Shown here piece after piece: positions 56,801 to 64,000 of a stretch of DNA of 64,000 nt. The translations under genes and the position numbers were made by a program. Position 1 is the first letter of the stretch. Each line of letters starts with the position of its first letter. The DNA lies in IMG/VR virus record IMGVR_UViG_3300001525_000065, positions 32,001-96,000 of that record. One strand, 5' to 3'. This DNA is from a virus (taxonomy: Duplodnaviria > Caudoviricetes). The notes beneath the pieces are model-generated. The model made no database searches. It was not told the origin of the DNA and worked only from the letters and a program-made list of their open reading frames with translations.

Positions 56801-58968
56801 ATCATATAATCTGCAAATGCACCTGTATCTTGGACTGATACATAAATGCCTGCAGATGGGAATACTATAGTATCATTAGCTGTTGGATCAGTGACTGATT
56901 GATTTTCTTCAACTGCAAAATATGCATAGAAGTTATAAGAAGCGCCACTACCAGTTTGCAAGGTAAAATATACACCAAAATTAGTGGGTTCATTACCAGT
57001 GAAATAATTCATTCCACCTACTGCTTGAAAATTAGTGTAGTCATCTGCAGATGGTGATGTACTGTATTTCCTAATGGATAGTTTACTGAATGCAAGATCA
57101 TCCATATTATCGACTGGATCGCTTATCTTGACAATAGTTCTACCAGCAGTTGATGTAGCTTTAGGAAGAGATGATATACTAGTTTTAGTATATCTTATAG
57201 ATGATTGATTGGATGAGACAATCCCAAATACACTATCATGATCAGGCGTATATAAGATAGACATACCTTCTTCTAGATGATAAACCTTAGCCTCATCAGA
57301 TAGCATGTCAGAAGTACCGTTGAAGTACTTTATAGATTTGCTATATTCTGAAATTGTTGTCTCTTGTAGAGTCACTCGATACTTAGCATCTTGATCCTTT
57401 ACTTTGCCAATACATACATACGGAGTCTCTCCACCGCTTTTCATAGCTTTCAAGGTAAGATCACCAGCAATACCTAATGGCACTTCTTCTATGCTTTGTA
57501 TGCTTAGTGCATTGCCACTACCTACCTTAACGATGACTTTCAGATAATATGGAACATCATGAGATAGACTTGTGATGGATACCAGTATCTGAGAATTATC
57601 AGTACTGTCTAGAGCTGCATCTACAGTTACTCCGTATCCAGTATCCATAGAGTGCATTGTCTCTAGCTGATCATCAGTCTCAGTACCAGTGAGTCTCCAT
57701 GCTAGAGTACTGATGCGAGCATTAACAACAATATCATGATGATATTCATAATCTTGTAGATACTTCAGAATAGTATATGCAGGATCAGCAACTGGTGGAT
57801 TCTTGATGGTACTTGGATAATCTAGTATTATATCCGTTAATGCGGTTGTAGTATCACTGTATACATTTTGGGTACGTGTGTATGTTACCTCTGTCTGCAA
57901 ATTCGTTATGTGGAATGTCAATGGACGTACATTAAACATAGATCCGTGATCTTCAATAGTGAATGCAAAACTACGACCATCATATGTTAGTAACTGCCAT
58001 GCCTCATCTTCATCCTGACTATCCCATACTTTCCAGCTTAGACCTTCAATGATTCCATAGGTTACTATCTTAGATTTCCAGTGAGTAGTATCATCATCAG
58101 CTAAGTACAAAGTCTTAGATACATCATTAGCATCTATAACTATCTTCGCATCATCAGGCAGATAGTTAATGTCTAGTGGATAATAAGTAGTGTGCTGCAT
58201 AGGAGCTACTAGCTCTGCACCTGCATCAGTATAACCAGTTACTGAATATATACCTGCTTTAGGGAATGTGACGTTTACTCTAATGCTAGGAACTAATTCC
58301 ATTGGTTCAGTAGATGTGTAATCTGATTTATTGAGCGTAGTGTTATTGTAGAACACAAAGAATAAATAATTTGTAGCAAGTACTACATTACTAGGTTCCT
58401 GCACTGCTGTTGAGCATAGATAAAGCCAATTAGTATTAGAGCTAGGACCAATTATATTAGTAACTTTTACGTCATTAATAAGGAATTCTTTATAATGATT
58501 CATTACCCATTCATAATCCATGCCACTAGGCAAATCAGCTATCTTGTATAACCTATCACCCTGATTGATCATACCTGTAAAGACATCAGTAGCCTTCTTA
58601 TCCCATGATACAATAAGATCACTAGTAATGGTATCTTCTTTCCAATGAGTACGATTCTCAATGTATCCTGCAGCAGATGAATCATTCTCATTCCAATCAG
58701 GCTTAGCTGATCCAAGTATGAATGATTTAGTACCATCTACATCAGTATGCACTATATAGATCAATGATGTATCATCAGTATCTAGTATGTATACATTATT
58801 AGGATCAGCTTCAGATACATCAGGTAGTGCAGTGGCATGTACTACGTTGTTTATAGCTACCTTAGTGGATCCTACATACATTTCATGTACATCTGTACAA
58901 AAGTATAGATCATCTGGAGTAGGAGTTACAGATTTATATTCATCTATAGTTCCAATTCTAAAATCCAT
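53869..58968 (-). CDS. Large tail fibre / receptor-binding protein with repeated modules (1699 aa)
   Basis: Repeats PDW.END...GYI.NRTH (x2) and IDA.D...I.G..W.V (x3); C-terminal DAGKILVVG..G..W fibre motifs. Confidence 0.7.
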   Translation of the reverse strand: MDFRIGTIDEYKSVTPTPDDLYFCTDVHEMYVGSTKVAINNVVHATALPDVSEADPNNVYILDTDDTSLIYIVHTDVDGTKSFILGSAKPDWNENDSSAAGYIENRTHWKEDTITSDLIVSWDKKATDVFTGMINQGDRLYKIADLPSGMDYEWVMNHYKEFLINDVKVTNIIGPSSNTNWLYLCSTAVQEPSNVVLATNYLFFVFYNNTTLNKSDYTSTEPMELVPSIRVNVTFPKAGIYSVTGYTDAGAELVAPMQHTTYYPLDINYLPDDAKIVIDANDVSKTLYLADDDTTHWKSKIVTYGIIEGLSWKVWDSQDEDEAWQLLTYDGRSFAFTIEDHGSMFNVRPLTFHITNLQTEVTYTRTQNVYSDTTTALTDIILDYPSTIKNPPVADPAYTILKYLQDYEYHHDIVVNARISTLAWRLTGTETDDQLETMHSMDTGYGVTVDAALDSTDNSQILVSITSLSHDVPYYLKVIVKVGSGNALSIQSIEEVPLGIAGDLTLKAMKSGGETPYVCIGKVKDQDAKYRVTLQETTISEYSKSIKYFNGTSDMLSDEAKVYHLEEGMSILYTPDHDSVFGIVSSNQSSIRYTKTSISSLPKATSTAGRTIVKISDPVDNMDDLAFSKLSIRKYSTSPSADDYTNFQAVGGMNYFTGNEPTNFGVYFTLQTGSGASYNFYAYFAVEENQSVTDPTANDTIVFPSAGIYVSVQDTGAFADYMIYDISNDWYDAYAYDITNAPYLNIYYDTDQGAYVIANHNKPSWAAVCYSYFRLMKHVNLIVELEDGSRLVAINTYASSDELRVYAVSELYDSNSNVSLAIVNLGFQLDSLVVDVQWRKFESGSDDPYTIDATDSNNPVILADYIASHSTNGDSNAWIIDGLFWKVIESESTSSDPYSSVRSAGRTTRVYSRFGQSGSSYLTLEIYNDTFLTQVAVSQTPSIYPPSSAIIVALSTSSAGWAYVSAPQEVHSPVINTNILASPFNIYNNVIRGAIKQNQQVILIGNKWTTNDGVAPSTLLEIYSYLLEESSLRSSLYTDSQMIAVSNYAYSRGVDGFLRVKVQSLINANKAVDLVYRGNGTLESYTFSTAPDWSNNDSNSHTAGHILNRTHYYDANNPSVNNTYTLSWDGDTTNWASRVQVAADGGLSSGTLWSKQWTVPSYMTYDYVKDNYTKMKINGQAVTTFTDGSSADTPEGSCMLSTSTADQSTVLIVFATPTTATYAALGSASHTFSANYDIYLYKSTDGSSYVSSFSYPKIDNYHKLDYNYLPVTSDTPYVRILDATDPANEVILIDELRASNSRSTAAVVRGIHWRIYETESDSFRASYYNELILGSLPAAQEHAQFLVSIKSDGYHTATIRDTSAVTTSWTSLGTYDKTTGTIKGFVIRKTDLRAIATSSKAGMVQPIDKTDEMTQDVGIDAEGKLYTKPSPDLPTSLKNPYALVFTGASTQSYDGSSEITVKIPEVPTDDIAANTAARHSHTNKAVLDSITGIVTADNVNNPPHATDLIDYSAVVVASQNILAKIPETGTGDIPTNGFPVISDINNKLWVTNQGYVVTLTQNSTTKVITPSNGTDTFAYLTSLVTESHLRLYASLNNSLYHLVYISSDQLAFTNVSLNKTSTLVCTSGGWSISELSLMSIDQGTNNAGKAVVVGTDGNLMLGGYVVPMCTTSDAGKILVVGTDGKPEWAETGTAEISSF

Positions 58969-59000
58969 ATATTATCTCCTTTCATATTGAATAAATAGAT

Positions 59001-59053
59001 AAAGATGGATCACTTAGATAACTTATGAATAATTACCTCCATGATCCATCTTA
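59001..59053 (-). terminator. Intergenic hairpin, possible terminator
   Basis: AAGATGGATCA...TGATCCATCTT stem followed by a T-rich tract. Confidence 0.45.
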
Positions 59054-59068
59054 TCCTAGAATTATAAA

Positions 59069-59995
59069 TTAATCAAAGTATCCCTCAGTATCATCAGAAG
59101 TAATCATGACTCCATGATCAAACCAGATATTCCGATTCTTCACTTCTGCATCTGGATGAGCCTCTATGTATCTCTTCTCAGCAATACGAATTGCAGCTTT
59201 AGCGGTCTTAACTGAATCATAATCCTTATTACCAGGCATGACATTGTATTTACCATCTTCAGTAGGAGTGATCTTCCATGTAGATGCATAACCATGAATA
59301 ACAATAGGATTATTATCCTCAACTATCTTCTTAGATTCACCAAATTCAAATGCAAGGTCATCAGCAGCCATAGATAGTTCATCTGCTTGATTCATGAGAT
59401 ACTCATCGATGAACTCACCACGCGCATCTTTATCCATCCAATTGCTATTGCGTAGTCCTACTACATCAAGTTCTCTCCATGGAGCTTCATCACCTAGCTC
59501 AGCTACTTCATCCTCATCTTTGAATACTTCGATAAGGAGCGCATCATTTATGTCATAAACAAAGTTATGACCTTTATACTTGTAGAACTTGTATCTCTCT
59601 TTATCAGTAATATCCACTCTAGGGAAATACTTGTCATTGAACTGATCATCAGCCTCAGTAAGCTTAGCAGTCTTAGCTATCTTCTTAGACTCACCTAGGA
59701 ATATAATACCTGCATCAACCATAGCTGCAGTAAGCTCAGGAGTTATCTCATCTTCATTTACCTCAATGGTAATGTACTTACTAGCATCTCTAAGTGGAAT
59801 TTCAGTCTGAGCACTACCATAGCCAGATGGACCTGCATGACCTGTGAGCATTAGTTTACCATCAAGGATATCTATGTCAGTATCCCATGGCATAGGAAAG
59901 TCATCAGATACTGGAGTGATGGTGAGCTCAGCATCAATCATTTCATCATAGAGTTCATGATCCAGCTTAGTCAGTTTAGAAATATCAATCTTCAT
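59069..59995 (-). CDS. Acidic multi-domain hypothetical protein
   Basis: Repeated GESKKI...E linkers. Confidence 0.7.
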   Translation of the reverse strand: MKIDISKLTKLDHELYDEMIDAELTITPVSDDFPMPWDTDIDILDGKLMLTGHAGPSGYGSAQTEIPLRDASKYITIEVNEDEITPELTAAMVDAGIIFLGESKKIAKTAKLTEADDQFNDKYFPRVDITDKERYKFYKYKGHNFVYDINDALLIEVFKDEDEVAELGDEAPWRELDVVGLRNSNWMDKDARGEFIDEYLMNQADELSMAADDLAFEFGESKKIVEDNNPIVIHGYASTWKITPTEDGKYNVMPGNKDYDSVKTAKAAIRIAEKRYIEAHPDAEVKNRNIWFDHGVMITSDDTEGYFD

Positions 59996-60017
59996 TTTAC
60001 TCTCTCTCTCTTGTGAA

Positions 60018-60794
60018 TTACTTTCTACCTGATAGCTTACGCATAAGCTTTATCAGATCTTTCATTGTCACATAACCATCCTGATCCAGATCAGCCTGAG
60101 ACTCATTAATAGGTACGTTCCATCCAGACATCTTACGAATCATGGTAATGACATCTTTATTGTCGATCTTACCATCATCATTAGCATCACCAATGATGTC
60201 TAGTGCTACATTGACATCCACATTACCTGAGATGCCATCAACTGCACCTTTAGATGAGTACTGCCACATACGTGCACGATCAGACATCTTACCTGCACTC
60301 CAGTTAGCTTCCCAGACAGGGACATTCTTAGGAGCCTTGAATCGATGATCAAGCCAGTAGCTATTAGCATACACCATAGGTCTGAATCCTGCACAAGCGA
60401 TTAGATGACAGAATGTCTCTACATGACTAGATAGTGTCTTGTAGTTAGTAGTGATAGAAGGATCTTCTACATCCACTGCAGCCCATAGCTGATGATTGTA
60501 CTTATAAGGCTTAAGTAGCTCTATATAGTACTTAGCTTCCTCACGTACCTGCTCCTCAGTATTAGCCATGAAGTACCAGTAAGATCCCTGATAAAAATCG
60601 TCACCAATCTGAGATGCAGCTTTGATGTTACGTATGAACTTAGGATCAGTAAATGGAGCATTGTATGATCCATCAGCTAGTCTACCCTGACCTGCCTTAT
60701 GCATAACGAAGTCCATACCAGATGCATGCACTTTCTCGAAGTTGGGATTACCCTGATACAGCGATATGTCTATGCCTTTATAAATAGTTGACAT
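60018..60794 (-). CDS. GH25 muramidase (endolysin-like) with C-terminal dockerin domain
   Basis: GIDISLYQG, AVDVE, WQYSSKG...VDVN; two Ca-loop repeats GDANDDGKIDNKD and ADLDQDGYVTMKD. Confidence 0.9.
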   Translation of the reverse strand: MSTIYKGIDISLYQGNPNFEKVHASGMDFVMHKAGQGRLADGSYNAPFTDPKFIRNIKAASQIGDDFYQGSYWYFMANTEEQVREEAKYYIELLKPYKYNHQLWAAVDVEDPSITTNYKTLSSHVETFCHLIACAGFRPMVYANSYWLDHRFKAPKNVPVWEANWSAGKMSDRARMWQYSSKGAVDGISGNVDVNVALDIIGDANDDGKIDNKDVITMIRKMSGWNVPINESQADLDQDGYVTMKDLIKLMRKLSGRK

Positions 60795-60823
60795 ATTCTC
60801 TTATTCCTTTCTATAAATTATAT

Positions 60824-61528
60824 TTAATTATTAATAGGTTTACTTAGTGACTCTAGTGACAATTCACTAGACAATAACTCAAGTCGAGCTACCTTCAGCT
60901 CATCCAGTAGTCCAGCATTACGGATCTCCTTGAAGATCAGATTACCTTTACCATACTCACCATCTACTGCAATAGAATTCTTACGTATACGATACAACTC
61001 ATTAATAGCATTATCAATGGCATCTAGATCATACTCAGCTATAGCTTCATTGACCATATCATATGTATCAGATAGCTCAGGTTCTAAATCTACATCAGGT
61101 ACTTCAATCTTCAGAGGATACTTGATCCATTCATCATGCATTACTGAGTAAATGCCATTAGAGATAGTGGATGTATGAACATCCTCAACATATAACTCTA
61201 CATCGATACCTTTTATAGTTATATCATAATTCTTATTGAACTGAGCTCTAGCAGAATTATACATAGCTTGTACTATCTCAGGAGATGCATCCATCAGATC
61301 ATAATTAGCTACTAGATGAAGATCCAAATCTGAATGATCTGTATAGTTGTATGATGCATTACTACCTAGCAGTAAGATATCTACTGGAGTAAACTGGATC
61401 TCTAGATCTTTCATGAATGTATCAGCTACTTCTAATGCAGCTTCACGTACATCTGACTTGAGTTTGTCTCCATCCCATAGCTTAGGATTCAAGGTATCAT
61501 GTACCTCAGGCATCTCAGTCAGTACCAT
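60824..61528 (-). CDS. Pol-beta superfamily nucleotidyltransferase
   Basis: GSNASYNY...SDLDLH and VELYVE. Confidence 0.8.
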   Translation of the reverse strand: MVLTEMPEVHDTLNPKLWDGDKLKSDVREAALEVADTFMKDLEIQFTPVDILLLGSNASYNYTDHSDLDLHLVANYDLMDASPEIVQAMYNSARAQFNKNYDITIKGIDVELYVEDVHTSTISNGIYSVMHDEWIKYPLKIEVPDVDLEPELSDTYDMVNEAIAEYDLDAIDNAINELYRIRKNSIAVDGEYGKGNLIFKEIRNAGLLDELKVARLELLSSELSLESLSKPINN

Positions 61529-61531
61529 AGA

Positions 61532-61837
61532 TTATTCACCTGCTCTTACTGCAGAGATGACTTCTGCATTAGTCCAGTATCTACCAGCTTTACCTGACTT
61601 CTTATTCCTGATGTACTTCTTACCTGCAGCAATAGCATCTTCTTCACTAGAAGCTACTACATGGACAGTAGTGTATGCCATAGAGTCATCATTCCAGTCA
61701 TCTTCATCGTCATCATACATAGGAAGATGAATGATTACATCGTACTGCATAACTTCGTTTTCTTCATTTTCAATGATAACTTTCATAATACGTATTCCTT
61801 TCTCATGTGACATTTCTGTCACCAATTTAGGAGCCAC
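61532..61837 (-). CDS. Hypothetical protein (start probably ~61786, MKVIIE)
   Basis: SD GAAAGGA before the second ATG. Confidence 0.6.
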   Translation of the reverse strand: MAPKLVTEMSHEKGIRIMKVIIENEENEVMQYDVIIHLPMYDDDEDDWNDDSMAYTTVHVVASSEEDAIAAGKKYIRNKKSGKAGRYWTNAEVISAVRAGE

Positions 61838-61873
61838 TAGGTGTTACTCATTATATCATGCCATCTCAGAGTA

Positions 61874-61933
61874 TAAAATAAGTGAGATAACTCATCCAAG
61901 TACTAGGACTTATGAAGAGTCACCTCACTTATC
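61874..61933 (-). terminator. Probable intrinsic terminator
   Basis: ATAAGTGAG-GTGACTC...GAGTTAT-CTCACTTAT stem followed by TTT, after ORF 61956. Confidence 0.5.
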
Positions 61934-61955
61934 ATTACTTTATTCGGATACAACA

Positions 61956-62429
61956 TTAATATCTGAAGTGTGCTGACGTTGGCACTGGTACTACATAGTG
62001 CCGATTATTAAGTGTATACTGATTATCCATGATCATCTGCCTAATCAGATTTGTCATACATCTCAATCCTTCTTGTTCAGAGACGAATGTAGCTAATGAT
62101 TTCAATGATCCACTAGGAGTAATGTACACTAAATGTGCTCTATTGTCAATACCAGTAGGGACCATGATTCCTAGCATCTTAGGCTCTAGGTCTCTTATGA
62201 CATAGGACACATGGCTAGCTTTTCTGAAGACATCTCTGATACTTATACTGGATATATTAGGATGAGATACATAATCAGGCACATATGCAATATTCACAGT
62301 ACCAAATATATCAGATAACTTATGAATGTCCTCATTATCATCTATGAAGTAGTCATCTCTAATGCTCTTTATCTGTCTAAGTACCATATCATACACTACT
62401 ACATAATCACCTATGCTATAATACTTCAT
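61956..62429 (-). CDS. Hypothetical protein
   Basis: Coupled ORF. Confidence 0.65.
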   Translation of the reverse strand: MKYYSIGDYVVVYDMVLRQIKSIRDDYFIDDNEDIHKLSDIFGTVNIAYVPDYVSHPNISSISIRDVFRKASHVSYVIRDLEPKMLGIMVPTGIDNRAHLVYITPSGSLKSLATFVSEQEGLRCMTNLIRQMIMDNQYTLNNRHYVVPVPTSAHFRY

Positions 62430-62701
62430 TATGATCCTCCTGCAATAGAATTTCTAGTTATTATGCAATCTACTCCTGTTATAAGCCTGTGCATAAGAAC
62501 CTCTATGTACTCAATAGCTTCATTCTTACTAGAGAAACCATCCCATATCAATCTCTCATGAACTTTATCACCTGATGTATACATCCGTATTATAATCTGA
62601 TATGTATTAGAGTACGCTTCTCTGCGTATCATAAATTCGCAATTACTATCAGGAATAACTATGTAGCTATTATAATCTGTCTTAATGCATTTATTCATCA
62701 T
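62429..62701 (-). CDS. Hypothetical protein (domain B), paralogous to the N-half of 62691-63194
   Basis: IKTD..SYI.IPD and LIW.GF.SK shared. Confidence 0.7.
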   Translation of the reverse strand: MMNKCIKTDYNSYIVIPDSNCEFMIRREAYSNTYQIIIRMYTSGDKVHERLIWDGFSSKNEAIEYIEVLMHRLITGVDCIITRNSIAGGS

Positions 62702-63194
62702 CTATAGGCACCTCAATGCATGACATTGGAAAGTTAGCACCGCAATCCAGGATCTTGAAGGATCTCCTATCAGAAGATACAGATTTAATTATGCAATCTC
62801 TACCTAGATACTTTATCATTGGGCTTACTATCACTGGATCTGTATCTATGCAATTTCCATGACCTCCATATTCCAACATCAAACTCTCATAGGTTCTGAG
62901 ACTAACCTTGCTACCCTTATGGAGACTACGATCAATTTTACTTCGTTCTACTACATCTGAATTCTCTAGTGCGTGTACAAGAGATGATAAGCAATTCATG
63001 GCATCATCTTTGGAATAGAATCCACCCCAGATCAGAGATTCATATATTGCTGATGATCCTGTCAGAGCCGGTACTCTTAGAATTATTGAGCATGTAGGAT
63101 CATCATAACTTCCTTCTCTCACATATAAGTCATGAAGAGTATCAGGAATTCTAATGTAGCTATCTAAATCTGTCTTAATGTACTTAGTCATCAT
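62691..63194 (-). CDS. Hypothetical protein, fusion of domains B and A
   Basis: N-half matches 62429-62701; C-half matches 63184-63462. Confidence 0.7.
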   Translation of the reverse strand: MMTKYIKTDLDSYIRIPDTLHDLYVREGSYDDPTCSIILRVPALTGSSAIYESLIWGGFYSKDDAMNCLSSLVHALENSDVVERSKIDRSLHKGSKVSLRTYESLMLEYGGHGNCIDTDPVIVSPMIKYLGRDCIIKSVSSDRRSFKILDCGANFPMSCIEVPIDDE

Positions 63195-63462
63195 ATACCT
63201 CTGCTATGCTCACAAGCGGATAGTAAAATCCGAGTTCATCAGAGACAATAGTGAATGAAGGATCTTCATCATCCAGATATACCTCTTTGATTATCTGATC
63301 AGTATTCAGATATTTCATCATAGACTCAACGATTATTGGGCTAGTCATGATCCATCCAAGATTGCCAGATACATCATATTCATATGCATATGCAGCACAT
63401 AATTCTTCGACAGATTTCAGTCTAACTCTAGCACCTTTATAAAGTTCCATTGTTTCATTCAC
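63184..63462 (-). CDS. Hypothetical protein (domain A)
   Basis: KG..V.L, T.P.IV..M.KYL and IIK.V shared with 62691-63194. Confidence 0.7.
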   Translation of the reverse strand: MNETMELYKGARVRLKSVEELCAAYAYEYDVSGNLGWIMTSPIIVESMMKYLNTDQIIKEVYLDDEDPSFTIVSDELGFYYPLVSIAEVYDD

Positions 63463-63631
63463 CCCTCTTCAATTCCTTCTGAACTTCATCCTCAAGTACC
63501 ATAAGATAGTGAATGATCTGTGAAGCATCTGAGTAGCTCAATACATCTCCAGGGATCTCACTTACTTTCTTTATAGATTCAGAGATGGCTTTGAGAGCAG
63601 ACTTTCTAGCTTCTGTAGAATAATACATCAT
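63455..63631 (-). CDS. 58-aa hypothetical protein, absent from the ORF track
   Basis: MMYYSTEARKSALKAISES...; GGAGG SD and promoter motif upstream. Confidence 0.65.
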   Translation of the reverse strand: MMYYSTEARKSALKAISESIKKVSEIPGDVLSYSDASQIIHYLMVLEDEVQKELKRGE

Positions 63632-63662
63632 AATTATTTATCCTCCATTCATCTTACTGAAC

Positions 63663-63690
63663 TAGACTCGTTTAGTGATTATGGATTACT
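63663..63690 (-). promoter_or_regulatory. Promoter-like motif AGTAAT-N12-AACGAGTCTA
   Basis: Continues as GTTCAGTAAGATGAATGGAGGATAA, identical to the 6201 copy. Confidence 0.7.
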
Positions 63691-64000
63691 CGGATAAATT
63701 CAATTTGCCCCATGTAAACTCAGGATGATTCACTATGAAAGGTATAACTACCTCATCTATAGCATGACATGCTGCATCGTTAGTAGCGAAGTATACATTA
63801 TCTGTACAATGAGTTGTATCACAAGAAACCACATATTCCTTAGTAAAAGGCATAGTGTCACTATAATTACACTTCAGAATGTAGTAATGATAATTAGACC
63901 CATTCCAATCTTGTCTATCTATTACATCATTATCATAAGCGTACTTGAGCAATTTACGATACAGAAGTTGATGAAGAGCTACTTGTTCTGCAGCTTTCTC
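63686..64000 (-). CDS. Hypothetical protein, 5' end outside the window
   Basis: Frame stays open to the window edge; VYFAT.DAA..AIDEV. Confidence 0.6.
   Translation of the reverse strand, partial: EKAAEQVALHQLLYRKLLKYAYDNDVIDRQDWNGSNYHYYILKCNYSDTMPFTKEYVVSCDTTHCTDNVYFATNDAACHAIDEVVIPFIVNHPEFTWGKLNLSE

Noticed and set aside
13480-60823. T4-type late promoter TATAAATA before structural genes
   Set aside because: Only loose TTTATAA/TATAAAT matches in AT-rich gaps, not distinguishable from background by eye.
608-62561. Short antisense and overlapping ORFs in the track (for example 608-877, 1995-2423, 31466-31795, 45725-46006, 61347-61730)
   Set aside because: They lie opposite or inside well-supported genes and show no SD or recognisable motifs.

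Overview
64 kb of a large, AT-rich, T4-like myovirus genome. The AbrB protein, dockerin domain and strong GGAGG ribosome-binding sites suggest a Clostridia/Ruminococcus-like host. Left arm (1-12956, + strand): a family A DNA polymerase broken by a split intein with a free-standing endonuclease between the halves, a glycosyltransferase, Mre11/Rad50-like nuclease, MazF-like and AbrB genes, and a kinase-HAD fusion. From 13007 onward (- strand): holin, baseplate, tape measure, tail tube and sheath, neck, major capsid, protease-scaffold, portal, terminase, acidic putative head proteins, a thymidine-hypermodification enzyme, a 1699-aa fibre and a GH25-dockerin lysin. Structure the ORF track misses: (1) the major capsid gene is six exons separated by five ORF-less group I introns, which I splice by hand into a 443-aa gp23-like protein; (2) the terminase gene begins with an unannotated split-intein C-half separated from the terminase frame by a 10-nt gap closed by stops in both frames, and its N-half is not in the window; (3) capsid intron 5 has an enlarged 5' loop that is antisense to both flanks of that terminase gap, suggesting an RNA-RNA link between capsid splicing and terminase expression; (4) a structured terminase leader with an anti-SD loop; (5) six ~130-bp quasi-palindromes with ~10-bp periodicity, spaced about every 10 kb; (6) a bipartite promoter-like motif AGTAAT-N12-AACGAGTCTA. 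All calls come from reading motifs by eye; no searches or folding programs were run.
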